From NCBI RefSeq assembly GCF_001564455.1, contig NZ_CP011391.1, positions 1,230,001 through 1,262,000 of the forward strand: a stretch of 32,000 nt of DNA, read 5' to 3'. The notes beneath the pieces were generated by a model that saw only the letters and a program-made list of their open reading frames with translations, ran no database searches and had not been told where the DNA came from. Below are positions 24,614 through 32,000 of the stretch, one piece after another (within the stretch, counting starts at the first letter, position 1; every line of letters starts with the position of its first letter). The DNA is from Faecalibaculum rodentium. GTDB taxonomy: Bacteria; Bacillota_I; Bacilli_A; Erysipelotrichales; Erysipelotrichaceae. Position numbers and translations under genes: made by a program.

Positions 24614-26452
24614 ATGGCAGAATACGAAAAGATACTGAACATCGCCGTCATCGCCCATGTAGATGCTGGCAAAAGCACCCTCGTGGATGCGTTCCTGAGG
24701 CAGAGCGATGTGTTCCGGTCCAACGAAGAAGTGGTGGACTGTGTCATGGATTCCAACGACCTGGAGCGTGAGCGCGGCATCACGATTTACTCGAAGAACT
24801 GTTCCGTGATTCATGATGGTGTGAAGATCAACATCGTGGATACTCCGGGCCACGCGGATTTTTCCAGTGAAGTGGAACGGATCATCCGGACTGTGGATAC
24901 AGTGATCCTGCTGGTGGACGCCAGTGAAGGTCCCATGCCGCAGACCAGGTTCGTGCTGAGCAAGGCACTGGAAATCGGGCTGAAACCGATTCTCCTCATC
25001 AATAAAATCGACAAAAAGGACCAGCGGGCTGAGGAAGTCGTGGATGAGGTCTACGACCTGTTCCTGGATCTGAATGCCACGGATGACCAGCTGGATTTCC
25101 CCATCCTGTATGGTGTGGCCAAGGAAGGCCGGGTACAGTATGATCTGGAGACTCCTTCAGACAATATTGAACCGCTGTTCAAGACGATCCTGAAGCACTG
25201 TGATGTATATCCGGACCTCAATGATGAACCGGTCCGGATGCAGGTGTCGGCGCTGGCCTATGACGAATACATCGGACGTCTGGGAATCGGGCGGATCTAC
25301 CAGGGAACGCTGAACGCCGGCGGCAAGTACATTCGGACAAATGCCGATGGAACGATGAAAAATGAAACTCTGTCCAGTCTGTTTGTCTACAAGGGACTGT
25401 CCAGGACACCGGTGCAGGAAGCTCATGCCGGTGATATTGTGGTGATCGCAGGAATGCCGGAGATTTCCATCGGCGACACGATCTGCCCGGTGGATGACCC
25501 GGAACCCATGGAATCCATTCCCATTGAAGAACCGACACTGTCCATGAATTTTCATGTCAATACTTCCCCCTTTGCCGGTCAAAGCGGCAAATACGTGACA
25601 TCCAGAAACATCCGGGAACGTCTTGCCCGAGAGCTGGAGGTCAATGTGGGCCTGCGGGTGGAGGAAACCGATTCGCCGGATACATTCAAGGTATCCGGGC
25701 GCGGTGAACTGCATATTTCGATCCTGATCGAAAACATGCGGCGGGAAGGCTACGAGCTGGCAGTGTCCAAGCCTGAGGTCATTCTGCACTTGGATGAAGA
25801 AGGCCGCAAGGTGGAGCCGATGGAGGAAGTGGTCTGCATCGCCCCGTCTGAATATCAGGGGACGATCATCAACAAGCTGAATCTGCGGAAAGGAATCATG
25901 CAGGACATGGAAGAAGAAAACGGCTATGTCCGCATCACCTATACAGCCCCTACCCGTGGACTGCTGGGGTTCCGGACGGAATTCATCAATGACACACATG
26001 GCGAAGGTACCCTTGTGAGACGTCTGTGCGGTTATGAACCATATAAGGGTGATATCGCACAGCGTATGCAGGGGGCCATGATTTCCACGGAAACCGGAGC
26101 TGCCATGACTTATGCCCTGTGGAATCTTCAGGAACGCGGATCCCTTTTCATCGGTCCGCAGACCGAGGTCTACACCGGCATGATCATTGGGGAGTCCGCC
26201 AAGAACATCGACCTGGATGTGAATCCCCTGAAAAATAAAAAGCTGACAGCCATCCGGTCCAGCGGCCGCGATGAAGCGATGCTGCTGACACCTCCCCGTG
26301 TCTTCTCCCTGGAAGAGGCCCTGGAGTGGATCAACGATGATGAACTGGTGGAAGTGACACCAGATGCCATCCGGATCCGGAAAAAGGGACTGACACCACA
26401 GGACCGCAGACAGCTCTATCGGGAGAAAATGGCAGCCAGGGAACAGGCGTAG
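24614..26452 (+). CDS. typA: translational GTPase TypA/BipA (612 aa)
   Basis: It has the G-domain motifs [17 protein letters not shown] and NKID. The length and C-terminal domain fit TypA/BipA. Confidence 0.95.
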   Translation: MAEYEKILNIAVIAHVDAGKSTLVDAFLRQSDVFRSNEEVVDCVMDSNDLERERGITIYSKNCSVIHDGVKINIVDTPGHADFSSEVERIIRTVDTVILLVDASEGPMPQTRFVLSKALEIGLKPILLINKIDKKDQRAEEVVDEVYDLFLDLNATDDQLDFPILYGVAKEGRVQYDLETPSDNIEPLFKTILKHCDVYPDLNDEPVRMQVSALAYDEYIGRLGIGRIYQGTLNAGGKYIRTNADGTMKNETLSSLFVYKGLSRTPVQEAHAGDIVVIAGMPEISIGDTICPVDDPEPMESIPIEEPTLSMNFHVNTSPFAGQSGKYVTSRNIRERLARELEVNVGLRVEETDSPDTFKVSGRGELHISILIENMRREGYELAVSKPEVILHLDEEGRKVEPMEEVVCIAPSEYQGTIINKLNLRKGIMQDMEEENGYVRITYTAPTRGLLGFRTEFINDTHGEGTLVRRLCGYEPYKGDIAQRMQGAMISTETGAAMTYALWNLQERGSLFIGPQTEVYTGMIIGESAKNIDLDVNPLKNKKLTAIRSSGRDEAMLLTPPRVFSLEEALEWINDDELVEVTPDAIRIRKKGLTPQDRRQLYREKMAAREQA

Positions 26453-26519
26453 TCACGGTCGTGTGACTCTGGTTGGCGCAGTACTCCGTTTGCCTGCCAT
26501 GAGCAGGTACATCGGTCAA

Positions 26520-26546
26520 AGAGGCATCTTCGGATGCCTTTTTTCG
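26520..26546 (+). terminator. rho-independent terminator of typA
   Basis: AGGCATC-ttcg-GATGCCT is followed by a T6 run. Confidence 0.85.
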
Positions 26547-26745
26547 TGGAAATCACGAATCTTTTCTCACGGTCTGCACATGGCAGTCACTGCGCCGGCC
26601 CTGTTTCTGAAAAAAGGGTTGCCGTTACTGTGACTCCGGCTGAAAACATGATGCAGTTCTGCAGCGGCCGTCCGGCTGATGCCGGGTACAGGGATCATTA
26701 TTTTACAGGCATATATTATGCATATTTGCGTGATATCCTGGATGG

Positions 26746-27129
26746 GTGAAAGGGGGAGAGTATGCTGAAACAACTCAAATACAGACTACTTCGGTCCTTT
26801 TTCGCAGCAAATCATTCTTTGATCCCCGGGACATTATTGCTGTGTTTCATGAACACAGACTCATGCTGGCCGTATGGCTGAAAGACTTCTGGTGTGTGCC
26901 CCTGACCTCCCGGAAGAAAGACGGATATATCCAAGTTCTTCATGAGGATCAGCCGGTTTCTGTTCTTGGAGACCGGTATATCCCGGACTCTCCCCTGTTC
27001 GCAGACTGCAGCAGCCTGTTTCGGGTAAAGAAACGGAATCTGTCTGGATTTGTAAAAGGAATGTCGGACCGGTTTGCAGCACGGATCATGCTGCATACAG
27101 CCATCCTGTGTCTGGAAGGTCCGGACTGA
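26746..27129 (+). CDS. orphan ORF A, MazF/PemK-like by eye (127 codons from GTG); possibly part of a disrupted or recoded larger gene
   Basis: It is a long open frame with a protein-like sequence. PRDIIAVFHEH..RLMLAVW..FWCVPLTSRKKDGYIQVL...ADCSSLFRVKKRNLSGFVKGMSDRFAARI parallels MazF GDLIWVDF..RPAVVLS..CLCVPCTTQSKGYPFEVVL..ADQVKSIAWRARGATKKGTVAPEELQLI. It has a GTG start and no SD. Confidence 0.45.
   Translation: MKGGEYAETTQIQTTSVLFRSKSFFDPRDIIAVFHEHRLMLAVWLKDFWCVPLTSRKKDGYIQVLHEDQPVSVLGDRYIPDSPLFADCSSLFRVKKRNLSGFVKGMSDRFAARIMLHTAILCLEGPD
26762..26881 (+). CDS. SD-led 39-codon ORF, possibly the frameshifted true 5' end of the downstream orphan frame
   Basis: This is the only ATG in the locus with a Shine-Dalgarno site (AAAGGGGGAGAG, 26749-26760). 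It encodes MLKQLKYRLLRSFFAANHSL..., in frame 2, and overlaps the frame-1 ORF 26746..27129. Confidence 0.25.
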   Translation: MLKQLKYRLLRSFFAANHSLIPGTLLLCFMNTDSCWPYG

Positions 27130-27153
27130 CTGAAGCTGCAGCCTGGATCACTT

Positions 27154-27924
27154 GTGGAAAGCGATGGATCGCTGTATCTGATCATGGGTGATGAAAACGG
27201 CCGACAGATGGTACCGTGCTCTGTATCCGAACATAAGGTGCAGGGCGGATTTTCGTGGTACAAAACAGATGGGACCAGACAGGACAGCGTCATTGTGCCG
27301 GAAGGAGGAACTCCTGTCGCCGTGCCTGAACTTTCTTATCCTGTGGCAGGATATCTTCTCCCGGATGACCTTCCGGCAGCAAGAAACACTGTGAGAGCCG
27401 CTGCAGAGAACCGGACCAGGTTCAGTCAGCTGATTCCGCCGGAAACGCTGCAGCATCGTAAAATGGCGGATTCTGCCATACCCGGGGATGTTTTCTATTC
27501 CTGGATGCCCCTTGGTGACAGGGCTCTCCTGGAGGCAGGTGAAGGTCACTGGAAACGTCCATATCCGATTTTCCGTCAGATGGAAAATGGAACACTGCTG
27601 GCTTTTCCAGGGTCCCACAGACCGAAAAGCGGTTCCTGTTTTGCAGCCCTGCCCGAGCAGTATCCCTGGTACAGCCTGGATCACATACGGCGGCCGACTG
27701 TGCACATCACGTATTTTGATATTTCTTCTCCCATGTATCTGGAGCCCAGGCCTCTCATTGAACGGTGCTTTTCACTTCGGACAGAACATCTGCAGATCGT
27801 GTACAGAAAAGCCATGAACAGAACATGGTGTGAAAAGACGGGGCTTTCAGACTGGGTCAGGGACCGGCTTGTCATAGAGACAGATGATATCGTCCGGTAT
27901 CAGGAGGAACTGTTCTGGGTCTGA
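27154..27924 (+). CDS. orphan ORF B (256 codons from GTG); C-terminal half MazF/PemK-like by eye
   Basis: It is in the same frame as ORF A and starts 8 codons after A's TGA. It has no SD, and the first ATG is at 27184. Its PGDVFYSWMP..EGHWKRPYPIFRQMENGTLLAFPGSHRPKS...TVHITYFDISSPMYLEPRPLIERCFSLRTEHLQIVYRKA resembles the PemK pattern. Confidence 0.45.
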   Translation: MESDGSLYLIMGDENGRQMVPCSVSEHKVQGGFSWYKTDGTRQDSVIVPEGGTPVAVPELSYPVAGYLLPDDLPAARNTVRAAAENRTRFSQLIPPETLQHRKMADSAIPGDVFYSWMPLGDRALLEAGEGHWKRPYPIFRQMENGTLLAFPGSHRPKSGSCFAALPEQYPWYSLDHIRRPTVHITYFDISSPMYLEPRPLIERCFSLRTEHLQIVYRKAMNRTWCEKTGLSDWVRDRLVIETDDIVRYQEELFWV

Positions 27925-27948
27925 AAACGGGAAAAGACAACAGCCACA

Positions 27949-28485
27949 TTGCATCCCACCACAATGCCGGAAGGCCACAGACAGCCAGCGCTCTTCTACC
28001 AGGGAAAGAATGTGATCCCGGACACAGACGCTTCGTGTTTTGATGCCTGTATCGGTGAACTTGACTGGATGCAGACACTCACCCCGGCGGAAGCACTGAA
28101 CTGGTCAGAGTACCTGAAGCTTGAGCGGGAGAAGAAAAGAAAAGAGGACAGGAAGTCTGGCGGAAATGCGAAGAAAGCCCGCTGGAAACTGGAACTGGCT
28201 CCAGGAACCATCGTTTCATCAAAGGGTGAAGCACTGCTGTATCTGGGATCGCGGAACAGTCGCTGGCACTGCATCCGAGAACCGGAACAGGGATGGCGGG
28301 GAAAGAGCATTCAGCTGGATCCGGTTCCGGTGGAAAGCGAGCCTCAGCTTGTGTCATTCGACCTGATTGAATCCATTGCAGATGATATGAGGAGATCCGG
28401 AAAACCTGAATGGCAGAGCCTGGGGGACATTATCATAGAAAATCTGCGCCTCGAACAGGGAGAAGAGGAACAGTGCTGGATTTGA
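27949..28485 (+). CDS. orphan ORF C (178 codons from TTG); Lys/Glu-rich linker then weakly MazF-like C-terminus
   Basis: It is in the same frame again and starts 8 codons after B's TGA. It has no SD, and the first ATG is at 27964. It contains a charged segment (EYLKLEREKKRKEDRKSGGNAKKARWK), followed by PGTIVSSKGEALLYLGS...QLVSFDLIESIADDM. Confidence 0.4.
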   Translation: MHPTTMPEGHRQPALFYQGKNVIPDTDASCFDACIGELDWMQTLTPAEALNWSEYLKLEREKKRKEDRKSGGNAKKARWKLELAPGTIVSSKGEALLYLGSRNSRWHCIREPEQGWRGKSIQLDPVPVESEPQLVSFDLIESIADDMRRSGKPEWQSLGDIIIENLRLEQGEEEQCWI

Positions 28486-28593
28486 TATGATCCGGCTCCG
28501 GATTCGACCGGGCCCTTCTCTGAAACAGGGCTGTTCTGCGATTCAGTGAGTATCCGGCAATCACCACCTGCCCTGCGCAAGATTTCAGCCACG

Positions 28594-28630
28594 AAGAAAA
28601 AAGGATGTCACATACGACATCCTTTTTGCC
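28594..28630. terminator. bidirectional rho-independent terminator
   Basis: AAAGGATGTC (28600-28609) and GACATCCTTT (28616-28625) form a 10-bp stem with loop ACATAC. An A-run lies before it and a T-run after it. It overlaps the stop of the minus-strand small ORF. Confidence 0.8.
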
Positions 28631-28868
28631 TTGATTCCCATATCACATAAATACAGTCGGATTTTTGCTGGACAGATTCCAGCACGTCCAGGACTTCCCT
28701 GCTCAGTCTACTGCGGTCACCGGCTTCAAATACCACCGGCTGGCTCAACTGCAGCAGCTGATGTTCAAGTTCCTGTGCAGAATGACACGGGGGGATCTGG
28801 AAGAGTTCTGACAAGGCTGTCCAGGGATCCGGTTTCAGTCCGTCCGGCTCACTCCGTATCCGCTTCAT
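28608..28868 (-). CDS. small hypothetical protein co-transcribed with the MarR gene (~86 aa)
   Basis: In ORF 28608..28892, all three candidate ATGs (28892, 28883, 28868) overlap the 3' end of the MarR gene. The stop is embedded in the terminator stem. I recognise no family and the SD is weak. Confidence 0.5.
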   Translation of the reverse strand: MKRIRSEPDGLKPDPWTALSELFQIPPCHSAQELEHQLLQLSQPVVFEAGDRSRLSREVLDVLESVQQKSDCIYVIWESRQKGCRM

Positions 28869-29304
28869 CTGCCTGCGCGTCATTCCATTCAACGGTTTTT
28901 TTCAGAATACGCTCCAGTGCCTCGGCATCCTCCGGTCCAAGATATTCAAGCAATGCTGCTGTCCTGTCGTTCAGGTCATCCATTTTCTTTTCGATTTTCT
29001 TCAAAAGAGTGGGATGGATCTGAACAAAGTTCGCCCGCCGGTCTTCCGTGGACCGTACGCGCTGTGCGATTTCCTGCATTTCATAGGAGTTGATCAGCTG
29101 GCTCGTTGCTGCCGGGGAAACTTCCATGAACTGCGTCAGATCGGACATGCGAACCGAATGTTCGGGGTTGGCTGTCCAGATATACTCCAGAACCTGGAAG
29201 TCTTTCTGCCGCAGAGGAGGCAGATCTTTCAGCTCGTTCTTCAGTTCCTTCCTGAACAGATCCAAAAGATCACCCAGTAAAGTCAAGACATTTTTTGAAT
29301 CCAT
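28849..29304 (-). CDS. MarR family transcriptional regulator (151 aa)
   Basis: It shows the winged-helix pattern (..FQVLEYIW..SVRMSDLTQFMEVSPAATSQLINSYEMQEIAQRVRSTEDRRANFVQIHP..) and has the typical MarR length. Confidence 0.9.
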   Translation of the reverse strand: MDSKNVLTLLGDLLDLFRKELKNELKDLPPLRQKDFQVLEYIWTANPEHSVRMSDLTQFMEVSPAATSQLINSYEMQEIAQRVRSTEDRRANFVQIHPTLLKKIEKKMDDLNDRTAALLEYLGPEDAEALERILKKTVEWNDAQADEADTE

Positions 29305-29325
29305 AACACACCTGCTTTCAATAAA

Positions 29326-29354
29326 ATGTTAATTAACACGGAATGATATGTCAA
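29326..29354 (-). promoter_or_regulatory. MarR-gene promoter (TTGACA-17 nt-TAACAT) with overlapping 12-bp perfect palindrome TGTTAATTAACA (candidate MarR operator)
   Basis: On the minus strand, TTGACA lies at 29354-29349 and TAACAT at 29331-29326. The palindrome at 29327-29338 covers the -10 element. Confidence 0.6.
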
Positions 29355-29414
29355 TTGATTTTCGCCAGAAAAGCGCATACATATCAACATTTTTGAATGT
29401 TTGAGTGTGTTTTT

Positions 29415-32000
29415 TTACTTTTTTGGCTGAATCTTGTCTAATTTCCTAAACTGTTCCTTTGCTAAGGTGAATTCCGTTCTGTAATTCTCCAGTTTCTGTG
29501 TCTCTGCGGCGACCTTCGCAGCGGGTGCCTTGGATGTAAATCCGGGATTTGACAACATTTTTTCGCCGCGCATGATTTCCTTTTCCAAGCGTTCCATTTC
29601 CCTTTGGAGCCTGGCTTTTTCCTCACTGACATTCACAAGCTCGGAAAGACCGGCGGACAGAACAAAGGTTCCAAGTGTCCTGGTTGCACATTCCCCCTCC
29701 GGTTCACGATCTGACAGTCTTGCATGACAGAGTCCATCCAGTGCTCCTGCAGCCCTTGACGAGAGAGTTACAGGATGACCTGTTTCGTCCTGTACAAAAA
29801 TGACGATCGGCGCCGAGGGTTTCATGCGGTATTCAGCTTTCAGCTCACGGACTGACTGCACGATTTGAAGGACCAGATCCATTTCCCGTTCAAGCTCTGG
29901 ATCGGACTGGAATTTGAAAGAAGCAGGCCATTCTGCGGTGTTGATGGATCCTGCTGTTCCCGGCAGGGCTTCCCAGATGGTGTCGGTGACAAATGGCATA
30001 TACGGGCTCAGAAGGAGAATGGATTTTTTCAGGACCTCCAGCAAGACTGCACTCGTATTGCGGGATTTATCCGTTTTGGATAATTCAATGTACCAGGAAC
30101 AGAAGTCATTCCAGACGAAGTTCTGCAGTACGTTGCCGGCAATCGCAAATTCGTACTTGTCCATGTTTTTTTCCACTTCCGCCAGTGTGCGGTTGAATCG
30201 GTCCATGATCCACTGATCAGAGGCAGACAGGCTCTCCGGGTCGATGCTGTAGACTTCCCCCGGCTCCAGCTGCATCAGTACATAACGGGAGGCATTCCAG
30301 ACCTTGTTGATGAAGTTCCAGGCAGCATCCACCTTTGTCTCGTCGTAACGCAGATCCATTCCGGGTGCACTGTTGGTGGTGAGGAAGAACCGAAGGGCAT
30401 CGGCTCCTTTCTCCGCTATGACATCCATGGGGTCTACACCGTTGCCCAGGGATTTGGACATTTTCCTGCCCTGCCTGTCACGGATCAGGCCATGGATCAG
30501 GACATCCCTGAACGGACGGTTGTCAGTGCAGTATCTGGCCTGGAATGCCATTCTCGCAACCCAGAAGAAAATGATGTCATATCCGGTGACCAGTGTGTTC
30601 GTTGGATAGTACCGTTCCAGGTCTGCCGTATCCTCCGGCCATCCGAAGGTGGAAAACGGCCAGAGAGCGCTGGAAAACCAAGTATCAAGCACATCTTCAT
30701 CCTGTTTCCAGTCACTGCCTTCCGGGGCTTTGGTTCCCACATACAGCTCTCCGGTTGTTTCGCTGGTCCAGGCAGGGATGCGGTGGCCCCACCAGAGCTG
30801 ACGGGAGATGCACCAGTCTTCAATGTTTTCCAGCCACTGCGTAAATGTGTGTTCAAACCGTTCGGGAACAAAACTGATTTTCTGGTCGGGAATCTGCTGG
30901 TTCTTCAGGACTTCTTCTGCCAGGGGTTTCATCTTCACAAACCACTGTTTCGAAAGATACGGTTCAACAATGACGCCCGTGCGCTCGGAGTGACCAACCT
31001 GATGCAGATGCTCCTCAATGTGGTCCACAACGCCGGCCTTTTCAAAATCCTCAACCAGGGCTTTCCGGCATTCAAACCGGTCCATCCCGGTATATTTCCC
31101 GCACATCTCATTCATGGTTCCATCATCATTCATGCAAATGGGCATGGGAAGATCATACTTTTTCGCCAGGGCAAAGTCGTTGGGGTCATGCGCAGGGGTG
31201 CATTTCATGACCGCTGTCCCGAACTCCATGTCAATGTAGTCATCTGCCATGATCGGCAGCGCTTCTCCATTTGCCGGATTGATGGCGTGCAGACCCACTA
31301 TGTCTTTGTAGCGTTTGTCGTCGGGATGCACAAAGATGGCCTGGTCAGCGAACATGGTCTCCGGACGGGTCGTGGCAATGACCAGTTCCTGTCCGGTCTC
31401 CTGCACCTTGTACCGGAAGTAATACATGTGTCCCATGATTTCTTTGTGCTCCACTTCGATGTTGGACAATGCTGTTCTGGCTTCCGGATCCCAGTTGATG
31501 ATGCGCTCTCCCTGGTAGATCAGTCCATCGTTGTACAGATCCACAAACACTTTATTGACGGCCTCGGACAGACCATAATCCATCGTAAATCGCTCTCTGC
31601 TGTAATCGAGGGACAGTCCCAGTTTGGCCCATTGTTTGCGGATCGTGGCAGCGTATTCCTCTTTCCAGGCCCAGGCGCGGTCCAGAAACTTCTCCCTGCC
31701 GATGTCATACCGGGAAATGCCTTCTTCCTTCAGACGGGCATCCACTTTTGCCTGTGTCGCAATGCCCGCATGGTCCATCCCCGGCACCCAGCAGACATCG
31801 TATCCCTGCAGGCGCTTGTAGCGGCACAGAATATCCTGAAGCGTGGTATCCCAGGCATGGCCCAGATGCAGTTTGCCTGTGACATTGGGTGGCGGGATCA
31901 CCAGTGAATACGGCTTTTTGTTCGTGTCACCGGCGGTGAAATAGCCTTCCTCTTTCCAGTTGTCATAGCGGTCAGCTTCTGTGATGATGCTAGCGTATTT
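29415..32000 (-). CDS. valS: valine--tRNA ligase, partial (5' end beyond the right window edge)
   Basis: It has the class I HIGH motif (PPPNVTGKLHLGHA), the KMSKS motif (RKMSKSLGN) and a C-terminal coiled coil. The frame stays open from 31901 to 32000 (..YDNWKEEGYFTAGDTNKKPYSLVIPPPN..), so the track start (GTG 31901) is internal. Confidence 0.95.
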   Translation of the reverse strand, partial: KYASIITEADRYDNWKEEGYFTAGDTNKKPYSLVIPPPNVTGKLHLGHAWDTTLQDILCRYKRLQGYDVCWVPGMDHAGIATQAKVDARLKEEGISRYDIGREKFLDRAWAWKEEYAATIRKQWAKLGLSLDYSRERFTMDYGLSEAVNKVFVDLYNDGLIYQGERIINWDPEARTALSNIEVEHKEIMGHMYYFRYKVQETGQELVIATTRPETMFADQAIFVHPDDKRYKDIVGLHAINPANGEALPIMADDYIDMEFGTAVMKCTPAHDPNDFALAKKYDLPMPICMNDDGTMNEMCGKYTGMDRFECRKALVEDFEKAGVVDHIEEHLHQVGHSERTGVIVEPYLSKQWFVKMKPLAEEVLKNQQIPDQKISFVPERFEHTFTQWLENIEDWCISRQLWWGHRIPAWTSETTGELYVGTKAPEGSDWKQDEDVLDTWFSSALWPFSTFGWPEDTADLERYYPTNTLVTGYDIIFFWVARMAFQARYCTDNRPFRDVLIHGLIRDRQGRKMSKSLGNGVDPMDVIAEKGADALRFFLTTNSAPGMDLRYDETKVDAAWNFINKVWNASRYVLMQLEPGEVYSIDPESLSASDQWIMDRFNRTLAEVEKNMDKYEFAIAGNVLQNFVWNDFCSWYIELSKTDKSRNTSAVLLEVLKKSILLLSPYMPFVTDTIWEALPGTAGSINTAEWPASFKFQSDPELEREMDLVLQIVQSVRELKAEYRMKPSAPIVIFVQDETGHPVTLSSRAAGALDGLCHARLSDREPEGECATRTLGTFVLSAGLSELVNVSEEKARLQREMERLEKEIMRGEKMLSNPGFTSKAPAAKVAAETQKLENYRTEFTLAKEQFRKLDKIQPKK

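Noticed and set aside
27127-27924. I considered whether the in-frame TGA codons encode selenocysteine or reflect a reassigned genetic code (TGA as Trp or Gly).
   Set aside because: TGA clearly terminates well-defined genes in this same window (the U32 gene at 2840, the ORFs ending at 4057 and 6468, the GRE at 16016, the activase at 15222). A genome-wide reassignment is therefore excluded. I see no stable SECIS-like hairpin starting ~11 nt downstream of either TGA; there is only a weak AGCG..CGCT stem ~30 nt after the first. Context-dependent read-through cannot be excluded and is kept as a hypothesis in the findings.
1515-31907. There are other long antisense ORFs: 1515..2717 (+), 7048..8277 (-), 16397..17389 (+), 18454..19506 (+), 21387..22271 (+), 25157..25999 (-), 30492..31907 (+) and 189..881 (+).
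   Set aside because: Each lies opposite a confidently identified gene (proS, membrane protein, GRE, deoC, pgi, typA, valS, first hypothetical). Where I checked the phase (189..881 and the nifJ antisense ORF), the frame is the codon-aligned antisense one. Their composition is non-protein-like and they lack SDs, so I take them as shadow ORFs.
1-32000. I searched the window for CRISPR arrays, tRNA or rRNA genes, and long tandem or inverted repeats.
   Set aside because: I found no regularly spaced direct repeats, cloverleaf-compatible intergenic segments or rRNA-like sequences. Nearly all intergenic gaps of a hundred nucleotides or more are accounted for by terminators, promoters, the mobile-element scar or the candidate sRNA region; the ~200 nt upstream of ORF A and the gaps upstream of deoC and the TM-helix-repeat gene are not.

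Overview
This is a 32-kb chromosomal window of roughly 55% GC. The protein sequences and gene content (bile-salt-hydrolase family, PFOR, glycyl-radical enzyme) suggest an anaerobic gut Firmicute, possibly Erysipelotrichaceae- or Clostridia-like; that is inference only. Most genes are housekeeping and lie on the minus strand. In order they are: a partial hypothetical gene; proS; a translationally coupled hyp-HAD-DegV-U32-U32 operon; a polytopic membrane protein with a PPPDE-like C-terminal domain; a CMD-cupin fusion; a choloylglycine hydrolase; a mobile-element scar (group II intron 3' fragment plus a 5'-truncated IS3 transposase); nifJ (PFOR); a glycyl-radical enzyme with its activase; a deoC-like aldolase; a TM-helix-repeat channel-like protein; pgi; a YuiD-like PAP2 protein; a NifU-like protein; an esterase; typA; a MarR regulator with a small overlapping ORF; and valS (partial). 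Many rho-independent terminators and several sigma-A-type promoters can be read directly. The most unusual locus is 26.55-28.63 kb and is bounded by terminators. Its three orphan ORFs are one ~580-codon reading frame broken only by two TGA codons, and the second and third lack Shine-Dalgarno sites. The only SD-led ATG sits one nucleotide out of frame upstream of a T5 run. By eye, the segments carry two or three MazF/PemK-like modules. It could be a decaying gene, a recoded gene, or a new tandem toxin-like array; I cannot decide from sequence alone. Secondary leads are an unassigned eliminase-type glycyl-radical enzyme paired with a minimal activase, a ~220-nt candidate sRNA, and apparently leaderless divergent promoters. 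All homology calls are by-eye motif recognition, and no searches were run.
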